Shown here piece by piece: positions 38,590-49,200 of a stretch of 64,000 nt of DNA. The notes beneath the pieces were generated by a model. It saw nothing but the letters and a program-made list of their open reading frames with translations. It did no database searches and had not been told where the DNA came from. Each line of letters opens with the position of its first letter. Position 1 is the stretch's first letter. The position numbers were made by a program, and so were the translations under genes. Source of the DNA: Octopus bimaculoides. Taxonomy: Eukaryota. The stretch lies in assembly GCF_001194135.2 (NCBI RefSeq), contig NC_068986.1, positions 101,981,526 to 102,045,525 on the forward strand. The letters run 5' to 3'.

Positions 38590-38960
38590 TGGTATTTTTA
38601 AAATACCATCATATACGTTATAGTTGTGAGAAGATATCGTCGAATAACCATCCGTGTGTTATCGGAGGTTTTGCAGATTAGTAACGGTTCAGTTCAGTTC
38701 ATTATCTCTGAAGATTTGGATATGAGATGTATGTCTGCCTAATTTGTGCCAAAACGTCTTTCAGTTCATCAATAATGAACTCGGGTTTCAGTTGTACAGG
38801 ATTTCCTTCATTTTATCAAGAACGATGAAAACATTTTTGAAAGATTTCCGAGCAGGTATTGCCAAACTTTTGGCAAGATTTGACGCAGGTTCACTGCTCA
38901 ACTGTCTTTGTGATTTTCAAGGCCACGATCCAACACTACACACCTTCCCCTCCAAGCAAT
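38590..38960. mobile_element. Two mariner transposase fragments in convergent orientation
   Basis: Plus: DLDMRCMSA*FVPKRLS (WVPxxL region) to ~38770; minus: EQ*TCVKSCQKFGNTCSEIF (N-terminal EQRxxIKFCxKLG) from ~38905. Confidence 0.7.
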
Positions 38961-39677
38961 TCTGTTAGCAGTGGAGATGAGCTAGAACCTTAATAATTAG
39001 TGCGCGTGCACAGCAGTGTTTAAGGTCAATGTGTGCCAAGCAGCTTTACTTTTCGTACTTGAACTCCGTTAGTATGTCAATAGTCCAGATACTTATTGAT
39101 CAGACCACGTGTATATATATATATATATATATATATNNNNNNNNNNNNNNNNNNNNNNNNNNNNNNNNNNNNNNNNNNNNNNNNNNNNNNNNNNNNNNNN
39201 NNNNNNNNNNNNNNNNNNNNNNNNNNNNNNNNNNNNNNNNNNNNNNNNNNNNNNNNNNNNNNNNNNNNNNNNNNNNNNNNNNNNNNNNNNNNNNNNNNNN
39301 NNNNNNNNNNNNNNNNNNNNNNNNNNNNNNNNNNNNNNNNNNNNNNNNNNNNNNNNNNNNNNNNNNNNNNNNNNNNNNNNNNNNNNNNNNNNNNNNNNNN
39401 NNNNNNNNNNNNNNNNNNNNNNNNNNNNNNNNNNNNNNNNNNNNNNNNNNNNNNNNNNNNNNNNNNNNNNNNNNNNNNNNNNNNNNNNNNNNNNNNNNNN
39501 NNNNNNNNNNNNNNNNNNNNNNNNNNNNNNNNNNNNNNNNNNNNNNNNNNNNNNNNNNNNNNNNNNNNNNNNNNNNNNNNNNNNNNNNNNNNNNNNNNNN
39601 NNNNNNNNNNNNNNNNNNNNNNNNNNNNNNNNNNNNNNNNNNNNNNNNNNNNNNNNNNNNNNNNNNNNNNNNNNNNN

Positions 39678-39830
39678 TGTATGTATGTGTGTGTATGTGT
39701 GTGTGTGTGTGTGTGTGTTCATGTTTGTGTGTATGTGTGCCCCTCCCTCCCCCATCGCTTGACAACCGATGCTGGTATGTTTACGACTCATTAGCTACCG
39801 GTTCGGCAAAATGGACCGATAGACAGAAAG
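39678..39830 (+). mobile_element. SINE family B, central/3' fragment
   Basis: catcgcttgacaaccgatgctggt...ccggttcggcaaaatggaccgataga. Confidence 0.75.
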
Positions 39831-39858
39831 ATAAAGAAATAGACAGATAAAATGACAC

Positions 39859-39918
<60 letters not shown>

Positions 39919-41710
39919 ATCTCGGTTTCCACCAACATTTATTCGTGTTTGCTTATACGACTCGAATTTCGGAAATCAATTGGCAATTAATTTGAGCCGA
40001 TCCAATATAATATTTATGGATATTGATTTATATTCTAGACGCTAGATTGGAAAAAGATTCAGAGCTTTCGTCTCTAAAGATTCACATACAAAGTAAACGG
40101 CTTATGTAATTTGCTTACGTTTTGTCGTTCCATTTTAAAATCTCACTGTAGATTTCTTAATATTCCATATGCTTCTTAGCAGATAAAATACGCAACATCA
40201 ACGTTTTCTCTAGTCATAATCGTTTATAGCCTTCATCTCAAATTCGTAAATTTCTTTTTATAGAAGAAAGATCGTCTGTCCATCTCCTGTAATATTTAGT
40301 CCATTACTTTTAAACAATTTACTAATACTATGTATGTTCAGCGATTTTATTTTATGGATTCAAAACTGAATACAAGAAAACATTAGTATGTTGTGGAGCC
40401 ACTCAAAATACTAATAAAAATATTAAAAGTTTTAGTAAAACCTGAATATTTCATATGAAATAATATTCATTCTATACTCGTGATATAACATTTAATAAAG
40501 TGGCTTAGCGAGACAGATAACATTTTACAGTGAAAAATTGTAAGAAAAACTAGTTTTCCAGTATACAACTTAATAATAGAGTCGTCTAAGCATAATAAAT
40601 TTACCTACAGTAACCGGTCATATAAAATAAGGAGAATAGTTTACAGATGCGTTGAGAAATTTCTCACTGTTTATAACACAAACGCGCAGATGTATGTATG
40701 TACGTATGAACATTTGTGTATGTATATATATATATATANNNNNNNNNNNNNNNNNNNNNNNNNNNNNNNNNNNNNNNNNNNNNNNNNNNNNNNNNNNNNN
40801 NNNNNNNNNNNNNNNNNNNNNNNNNNNNNNNNNNNNNNNNNNNNNNNNNNNNNNNNNNNNNNNNNNNNNNNNNNNNNNNNNNNNNNNNNNNNNNNNNNNN
40901 NNNNNNNNNNNNNNNNNNNNNNNNNNNNNNNNNNNNNNNNNNNNNNNNNNNNNNNNNNNNNNNNNNNNNNNNNNNNNNNNNNNNNNNNNNNNNNNNNNNN
41001 NNNNNNNNNNNNNNNNNNNNNNNNNNNNNNNNNNNNNNNNNNNNNNNNNNNNNNNNNNNNNNNNNNNNNNNNNNNNNNNNNNNNNNNNNNNNNNNNNNNN
41101 NNNNNNNNNNNNNNNNNNNNNNNNNNNNNNNNNNNNNNNNNNNNNNNNNNNNNNNNNNNNNNNNNNNNNNNNNNNNNNNNNNNNNNNNNNNNNNNNNNNN
41201 NNNNNNNNNNNNNNNNNNNNNNNNNNNNNNNNNNNNNNNNNNNNNNNNNNNNNNNNNNNNNNNNNNNNNNNNNNNNNNNNNNNNNNNNNNNNNNNNNNNN
41301 NNNNNNNNNNNNNNNNNNNNNNNNNNNNNNNNNNNNNNNNNNNNNNNNNNNNNNNNNNNNNNNNNNNNNNNNNNNNNNNNNNNNNNNNNNNNNNNNNNNN
41401 NNNNNNNNNNNNNNNNNNNNNNNNNNNNNNNNNNNNNNNNNNNNNNNNNNNNNNNNNNNNNNNNNNNNNNNNNNNNNNNNNNNNNNNNNNNNNNNNNNNN
41501 NNNNNNNNNNNNNNNNNNNNNNNNNNNNNNNNNNNNNNNNNNNNNNNNNNNNNNNNNNNNNNNNNNNNNNNNNNNNNNNNNNNNNNNNNNNNNNNNNNNN
41601 NNNNNNNNNNNNNNNNNNNNNNNNNNNNNNNNNNNNNNNNNNNNNNNNNNNNNNNNNNNNNNNNNNNNNNNNNNNNNNNNNNNNNNNNNNNNNNNNNNNN
41701 NNNNNNNNNN

Positions 41711-41744
<34 letters not shown>

Positions 41745-41773
41745 CATATATATTTATACATATATATATACTT

Positions 41774-41804
<31 letters not shown>

Positions 41805-42566
41805 CACACACACATATATATATATATAAATGTGTGTGTGTGTGTGTGTGTGTCTGTGTGTATATGTATATTGATAGAATGATAGATAGATAGATAGATA
41901 GAAACATACGCTACGATAGAATTATTCATTTTTGTTTATTTTAACTAGAAATGTTATCTGCTATTTCTAGAAAACTAAGCAAACGGACTACCTATAAGCA
42001 TACCATTCACTACAGCGGTTATTCACCTTTACCGCAATAAATTTCGATGTGACTTTAATTATATATTAGCGATATGAATGAAAAAAAGATAAAAGGTCGA
42101 AAAAAGAAAAAAAGTTAGAAAAAAAGATAAAAGGTCGAAAAAAGNNNNNNNNNNAAAAAAGATAAAAGGTCGAAAAAAGAAAAAAAGTTAGAAAAAAAGA
42201 TAAAAGGTCGAAAAAAGATACAATTGTGTGGAAGAGATCTGATCAAAACTTATTCTTGACCAAAATTAAAATATATATTTAAAAGATCAGCGGATTTAAG
42301 ACATCAAACAAGTAGAACGTGTATGTAATTCTGCACAGCTTATCAGAGGAAATTCTCACTGAAAGAACTTGTAAATTACCATCAGCGATGTGTAATGTAA
42401 TGTAGAATATATGACATTAATTCTTCAAATGTAAAACGTTAACGTGCATTGCTAAGGCGTATGTTTTATTACGTGAAAATTGTGAGATATCTTATACGGA
42501 AATTTCTCTCTATTCACAATAGGATATTAATATAGTGAATGCATATTTTATAAGAAATATATGTTA

Positions 42567-43910
42567 CTAGCAGAGGCACCCGGCGTTGCTCGGGAATGAA
42601 ATTGTTGATTATATACTTGAAGAAAAAAAGGCAAAATATGCTGTATACAAATTTAAGGACATTCTGTAGATGGACTCTCAGATGAATGATGGCTGGGCGC
42701 CTCTCATGAATGGGGAAAATTGAAGATGTGCCAAAAAGCCTCATTGGTACTTGGAAACGTTTACGGAAATTAAAATGGGGATCGTTGCCAGTGCCCCTGG
42801 ACTGGCTCTTGTGCGGGTGGCACATAAAATACACAATTTCGAGCGTGGCCGTTGCCAGTACCGCCTGACTGGCCTTCGTGCGGGTGACACGTAAAAGCAC
42901 CCACTACACTCTCTGAGTGGTTGGCGTTNNNNNNNNNNNNNNNNNNNNNNNNNNNNNNNNNNNNNNNNNNNNNNNNNNNNNNNNNNNNNNNNNNNNNNNN
43001 NNNNNNNNNNNNNNNNNNNNNNNNNNNNNNNNNNNNNNNNNNNNNNNNNNNNNNNNNNNNNNNNNNNNNNNNNNNNNNNNNNNNNNNNNNNNNNNNNNNN
43101 NNNNNNNNNNNNNNNNNNNNNNNNNNNNNNNNNNNNNNNNNNNNNNNNNNNNNNNNNNNNNNNNNNNNNNNNNNNNNNNNNNNNNNNNNNNNNNNNNNNN
43201 NNNNNNNNNNNNNNNNNNNNNNNNNNNNNNNNNNNNNNNNNNNNNNNNNNNNNNNNNNNNNNNNNNNNNNNNNNNNNNNNNNNNNNNNNNNNNNNNNNNN
43301 NNNNNNNNNNNNNNNNNNNNNNNNNNNNNNNNNNNNNNNNNNNNNNNNNNNNNNNNNNNNNNNNNNNNNNNNNNNNNNNNNNNNNNNNNNNNNNNNNNNN
43401 NNNNNNNNNNNNNNNNNNNNNNNNNNNNNNNNNNNNNNNNNNNNNNNNNNNNNNNNNNNNNNNNNNNNNNNNNNNNNNNNNNNNNNNNNNNNNNNNNNNN
43501 NNNNNNNNNNNNNNNNNNNNNNNNNNNNNNNNNNNNNNNNNNNNNNNNNNNNNNNNNNNNNNNNNNNNNNNNNNNNNNNNNNNNNNNNNNNNNNNNNNNN
43601 NNNNNNNNNNNNNNNNNNNNNNNNNNNNNNNNNNNNNNNNNNNNNNNNNNNNNNNNNNNNNNNNNNNNNNNNGATGGTTTTTGCGGTTGTTACGTCAATA
43701 CCGGAAGTTGACATTGAGGAACCTTTTTAAAGAAGTGAATCTTAAATATAAAGCAATATTATTTATTTTTAATTAAAAAAATCAAATGAAGAGCCTAAGA
43801 TTTATTCGAGGTCAAATTGTTCATGCATTACAAGTATGGAAGCATTTGGTGAAGTCGATTTCACGTGAAAAGCGATTACACACACATCTCTGTTTTATAT
43901 ATAGTATAGA
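42567..43910 (-). mobile_element. Non-autonomous Helitron with both termini, A|T insertion site, nested repeat and gap
   Basis: Minus 5' end A|TCTATACTATATATAAAA (43910); 3' end cccgagcaacgccggg hairpin plus tgcctctg-CTAG|T (42567). Confidence 0.8.
42780..42928 (+). mobile_element. Nested repeat fragment with an internally duplicated unit, runs into the gap (RTE/SINE-like)
   Basis: ttgccagtgcccctggactggctcttgtgcgggtggcacataaaa / ttgccagtaccgcctgactggccttcgtgcgggtgacacgtaaaa, then gcacccactacactctctgagtggttggcgtt. Confidence 0.6.
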
Positions 43911-45327
43911 TATCCTATATTATTACCCTAACTTATTTAAATGATATTTATGTGATATATTCATAGTGCCCGTGCTACATCAATTGCTAGCACAATGAAA
44001 CTTCTTTTAAAAATATTTGATTGGAGCGGAGTTTGTTAATTTTTTTTCGTAATGCTGATCATTTCGATGCAATTATCAAATAACACTATCATTTTATTTC
44101 TTTGAAATGTGAATTTTTTCCTCTCTTTTGACGGCAGATAGAAACGACTATTTTTGCATAAAGTTATATCAAGTTATTTATTAATGTCACTCGCTCTCTC
44201 TCTCTCTCTTTCTCCCTCTCCAGCCTCTCTCTCTCTGCACACACACACACATACACGCATATACACATATATATACACATATATATAGTTTAATGCTAGT
44301 TTGTTCTTGTATTTCACTAGACAATCATTAATATCATATACTTTAAAGTGTCTGGTTATTTGATACGTTTTTAATTCCTTATGGAATTTTATTATTAATC
44401 CTCGCCTATAAAATAAATAGTTCTTCATGAAATATTATTAGATTATATACTTGAAACCAATTTCATGCCACTCAGTAAAATAATATGATATTTTATTCTG
44501 TACCAAATTATTAACAGTCCTAATATAAATATTGTGGGAATATTGACTTCACATGAACTATTAATGTTGCAGTAAAACATTAAATTAATTATTTACTTAC
44601 ATTTTTATTTATTTCTGTATTACTAGGTCTTACACAGTGTTCAATTACTTGCCTATGATTCATCTAATATACATACAAGAACACTGAATCCGTGAATTGA
44701 TATCATCGTTCAAAAATAAGTAAAAAGAGCGCTTTTATATCAGCGAAGATCAATCAATTTTGGTTTCTTAGATAATCACTAGAACACTAACTAAAGAAAA
44801 GTAATAGCCAGTTCCACAGACACACTTATTTACATAGCTCTATATATTATTAAACGCGTAACGATGAAAGTGTACGTAGAGCCGGAGGTATTTCAAATCA
44901 GAATGTTAAGAGATTAAACTCAATATCATAAGGGATTGAGAAAGATGTTCTAAGGAAGTCACTAATCGTTAACCTTGAAAGTAAATCAATACTTCTACTT
45001 ATATATATGTATCGAAAACGCTAAATTTAAATCTTAGCTGCTATTAGAAATGCATTTGGAATTGCCTCACAGATATTAGAGAAATTACCAAGCATGCTAG
45101 TGTGATCTACCTGTTTATCGATTTTTTTTAAAACTCAGTGTATTTCCAACTGTCTATCGATCTACTTATGGAACATCGCCTCACTTATGTTCTCTCTCTC
45201 CTCTCTCATCCAAAGACATACGCAAACACATGCACACATGCATATATGCATTTATCTATATTTGTGTGCATATATATCTACATTCATAGTACACATACAC
45301 ACACATACACACACACACACACACACG

Positions 45328-45389
<62 letters not shown>

Positions 45390-45609
45390 CTTATATGTAG
45401 AAAATCATATACACTTTAATACACATACTTTCATATATATACNNNNNNNNNNNNNNNNNNNNNNNNNNNNNNNNNNNNNNNNNNNNNNNNNNNNNNNNNN
45501 NNNNNNNNNNNNNNNNNNNNNNNNNNNNNNNNNNNNNNNNNNNNNNNNNNNNNNNTATATATATATATATATATATGTACATATATATATGTACATAAAT
45601 AGAAAATGA

Positions 45610-46480
45610 AAGACGGAGGATGGAATATATGAGAATTTATTAATCACGACAATTATTTCGACAAATCTAAACATGGGTACCTACTAAGAAAAGTATTCAT
45701 ATCTACAAGGAACACACCGACTAACAAACACCTGACCATATTTGAGGAGAAGAATTATAATTTATGGTTAAGAACGTGAAGTTCAGGAAGTACTCGAGAA
45801 GGTGTAATGTATATCAACAAAATATCGGAAAATTACTTGTCAACTTCAAAATGCTCCGGGGATATTTGTACCACCGAAAAAACTAGTAACATATATTTTT
45901 GATATTGAACTATATAAATCTATGATTAGCTAGGGATTACGCAGCCAATATAGACACGCTAGTTACAACGCATTGAAGAAAATTAACAATACAGGGCTAC
46001 CAATCCTTAGAGATTTAACTATAGATGATAGAAACGAGCCATATGTCCCCCGAAAACGCCGGATTATGCTTAAGGACCCTAATCTAAATTTCTTATCGAC
46101 CACTCAGATTGATTTTTCTTTCTAAATCCGATATAATCATTGATAGGTTAATACCCGTCCTTAAGTTTAAATTAATAAGAATAATAAATTCTTGCAACTA
46201 TATATATATCTATTATGCTACTATTAACGCGATCGTTCTTAATCAAGACCTGATTTATTGTATGAAAAGTTCTGATTTGTCATGATGCGAAATAGATATA
46301 CTTGCCGTGCGAGCCACTCCAGTAGATTTTGATGGCAGATTATGGAGTAGATTAGATAAGGAGAACGTATTTGATATATCGATGGGCTAATGCTATTCTG
46401 CTCAGGTCACTGACCTAGTCGGAATATTTATCCTTTCATTAATCCAGTCATCGTTTCGGAAGTATTAAGGGCCCTATATG
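45610..46480 (+). mobile_element. Degenerate L1/Tx1-type APE endonuclease remnant
   Basis: Ordered motifs WNI (45620), YLQGTH (cf. LQETH, ~45700), REGVMYI (~45805), YAAN (cf. YAPN), a GDFN-like segment (~46010), TQIDF (cf. SRIDY). Confidence 0.55.
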
Positions 46481-46982
46481 CAGATTACACCTTATATATA
46501 TATATATATATATATNNNNNNNNNNNNNNNNNNNNNNNNNNNNNNNNNNNNNNNNNNNNNNNNNNNNNNNNNNNNNNNNNNNNNNNNNNNNNNNNNNNNN
46601 NNNNNNNNNNNNNNNNNNNNNNNNNNNNNNNNNNNNNNNNNNNNNNNNNNNNNNNNNNNNNNNNNNNNNNNNNNNNNNNNNNNNNNNNNNNNNNNNNNNN
46701 NNNNNNNNNNNNNNNNNNNNNNNNNNNNNNNNNNNNNNNNNNNNNNNNNNNNNNNNNNNNNNNNNNNNNNNNNNNNNNNNNNNNNNNNNNNNNNNNNNNN
46801 NNNNNNNNNNNNNNNNNNNNNNNNNNNNNNNNNNNNNNNNNNNNNNNNNNNNNNNNNNNNNNNNNNNNNNNNNNNNNNNNNNNNNNNNNNNNNNNNNNNN
46901 NNNNNNNNNNNNNNNNNNNNNNNNNNNNNNNNNNNNNNNNNNNNNNNNNNNNNNNNNNNNNNNNNNNNNNNNNNNNNNNNNN

Positions 46983-47029
46983 AGGAATCCACCTTGGCGG
47001 CTGTTCCTCTTCTCTCTATATATATATAT

Positions 47030-47074
<45 letters not shown>

Positions 47075-47102
47075 AGAGGAATAGCCACCAAGGTGGATTC
47101 CT
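46983..47102. repeat. 120-bp hairpin: 30-bp inverted arms around (TC)(TA)(GA) microsatellite
   Basis: 46983-47012 vs 47073-47102 with 2 mismatches. Confidence 0.9.
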
Positions 47103-47530
47103 AATATGCTAGGAGAAGACGCTATAATGCCTTACCACAAAGAATCTGTTGTCAAAATATTTTAGTAAACCCCAGAAGGTATGTGAGCAAGACAAATGGA
47201 AGGAGACAAGATAGAGCACATAACTCCATAACTTAAGATTTCGCTACCAACTACCACTAACGTGATCATCTGTAGCTCTCCGTGAAGTCGTTGCAGGACA
47301 CATAATCAGCAGAAACAGATACAAAATGTCCCCACGAAAGAGAACATGAGTAAAGCTCCGTGAATAATGTATCAAAAATCTCTGTCCACATGTCTTCATG
47401 CTGGCGCGCCATCCCGGAAAGAACTCTGCGGTTAATAAAGTTCCGTAGCGAGCATATACTTCGTGGCAAGGCGTTTAAGTGTCGTATTCTAGCACATTAG
47501 GAATCAACCATAGTCGCTATTCCTCTTATT
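47069..47530. mobile_element. Pair of inverted partial copies of the terminal repeat seen at 47757-48060 (PLE pseudo-LTR-like, or long-TIR element)
   Basis: aagaggaatagccaccaaggtggattcctaatatgctag at the left; its diverged reverse complement at 47489-47527; gtatgtgagcaagacaaatg matches gtaaatgagtaagacaaatg (47872). Confidence 0.6.
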
Positions 47531-47618
47531 TATATATGTAATATAATTCATAGTCCTCGAATATATATATTTTAAGTATACTAGCCACTGGTTTAAATTT
47601 TTACCCCATTATTTAACT

Positions 47619-47665
<47 letters not shown>

Positions 47666-47756
47666 TATTAATGAGGGTAGAAATTGATATTGATTAATTA
47701 AAACCATTTGTCTAGCATATTAAAAATCCGAAGATTAAAATTATATTACATACAAG

Positions 47757-48062
47757 AATAAGAGGAATGACCAGCAAATGTGGATTCCTGAATGCTAGAA
47801 ATAGATGCCGAATCATCCAACCACGAAAAAGTATGTTCTCAGTAGAAAAATCAGCGACACAACAGACTGTAAATGAGTAAGACAAATGAAAAGATACTAA
47901 ACACGATTAATTTACGTACCATGGTTTCACCTGTAAAACATTTACATAAGTAAATATCTGCGGGATCATCAGCGTAAATCTGTCTCTTTTTAGAATGTAA
48001 CACACCGAGCTAGACACAAGCCATCCACCCTTAGGTGAACACGTGTAGAGCTCTCTGAATTA
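47757..48062 (-). mobile_element. Penelope-like terminal repeat carrying a hammerhead ribozyme
   Basis: Fourth copy of the aagaggaat...ggattcct...gctag motif; contains the motif at 47910-47979; PLE call inferred from the ribozyme architecture. Confidence 0.6.
47910..47979 (-). ncRNA. Type-I hammerhead ribozyme, all core nucleotides present
   Basis: ATTTACG-CTGATGA-tcccgcag-atatttac-ttat-gtaaatgt-tttacaggt-GAAAC-catg-GTA-CGTAAAT: perfect 7-bp stem I, palindromic stem III ACCATGGT, GUA triplet; base of stem II imperfect (U.U at 10.1/11.1). Confidence 0.8.
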
Positions 48063-48075
48063 TATGTATATATAT

Positions 48076-48486
48076 AGGGCTCAAGAGATATTTAAAGAAA
48101 AATGTAAAGACTGAGAAGGTGAATGACAAAGACCTTTTTGTGTGCACAGTCTGTGACAGACCATGTCTGTCCTTGGCTGGTCTCAAATCTCACCTGCGAA
48201 CCCAGGGAAAACAAACCTCATCCAGCTATTCTGATTATATGTCTGTGCACACGTTTGAATGTGGTGTGTGCCAGAGGGTTTGCAAATCCAATGGGGGTCT
48301 TAAAAGACATGTTAGGATCCACAATGAGCAGAACTTACTTGCAGGTATTGGTAGTGCAAATCAGAGGTGCAATCTGTGTGGGTGTTTTTTCAAAACACTG
48401 TCTGGTTTAAAAAGCCACATCAGACGCCGTGAAAGGGCTAAGGTGTAGGTGCAGGAGGTGGTCAAACTCTGCTTAAGGAGTAGACA
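48076..48486 (+). mobile_element. 5'-truncated RTE-type LINE 3' end encoding three C2H2-like zinc fingers (open frame 48119-48448)
   Basis: CTVC-x12-HLRTQ, CGVC-x12-HVRIH, CNLC-x12-HIRRR, each with the S/TxxGLKSH/RH signature, also seen in the RTE finger at 23775-23969; no TGEKP linkers. Confidence 0.7.
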
Positions 48487-48539
48487 NNNNNNNNNNNNNN
48501 NNNNNNNNNNNNNNNNNNNNNNNNNNNNNNNNNATATAT

Positions 48540-49200
48540 ATATACATATATCCGACTTTGTTGGAAGACAGGTATAGAGAGGGCGCGGGCCGAGATTATG
48601 TGCCCTTCCCTCTGTTATCAGTTGACGCTTACATTGTGTTATATAATACTTAGCTGGCGCTGGCTGCTCGAGCCTAGCGGCGAGTATTTGAAAGGGAAAA
48701 GTCATCAGAGTGGTCATTCGCCTATTGGCTTACGTTGACGCTTCATCGATGAAACCAAATAAAAAGGGCCAAGGAAAAATAGAAAATAACGCATTCAACA
48801 CCACAGCTGAAGACACCTCTGTAGGGCCGAAACCGGACGTGGTTCCTCCTGATGATGTCCTTAGACACTGGATCCTGTAAATGAGCTGTTCATGTAGCGA
48901 ACCACGAAACGTAGTTTCAGTGGCGATAACGATCCTTAATAATTTTGACGGAATGAAGTCTACTATGCAAACGATCCTGAGATGTAGTGTATGGTTGGTG
49001 TACGGGTGAAAGTCTGGGCATTGTGTGAACATTAGAAAAATGCCCAGATCTGGATTTTTCTGGGAGTTTGAAGAATGCCATGAAGAGTAAGGTTAAGGTT
49101 AACAATAGAGATGAATAAGCAATACACAAAATAACAAGGGAGGTGAATAAAAGACTTTTACCGTATCTTCGTAAAGAAGAAGAGGAGTGTATTAGTCTGG
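48540..49200 (+). mobile_element. GC-richer repeat remnant with degenerate hammerhead-like motifs, possibly a PLE terminal region
   Basis: ccacag-CTGAAGA-cacctctgtagggcc-GAAAC-cggacgtgg (48800-48842), a second CTGATGA and GAAACgtaGTT within 80 nt. Confidence 0.3.

Noticed and set aside
42080-42220. ~39-bp A-rich tandem repeat
   Set aside because: Identical sequence on both sides of a 10-N spacer suggests overlapping contig ends; copy number is unreliable
48119-48448. Member of the octopus C2H2 zinc-finger gene expansion
   Set aside because: No TGEKP linkers, GTG start, long spacers and an RTE-type GLKSH signature; treated as a retrotransposon tail
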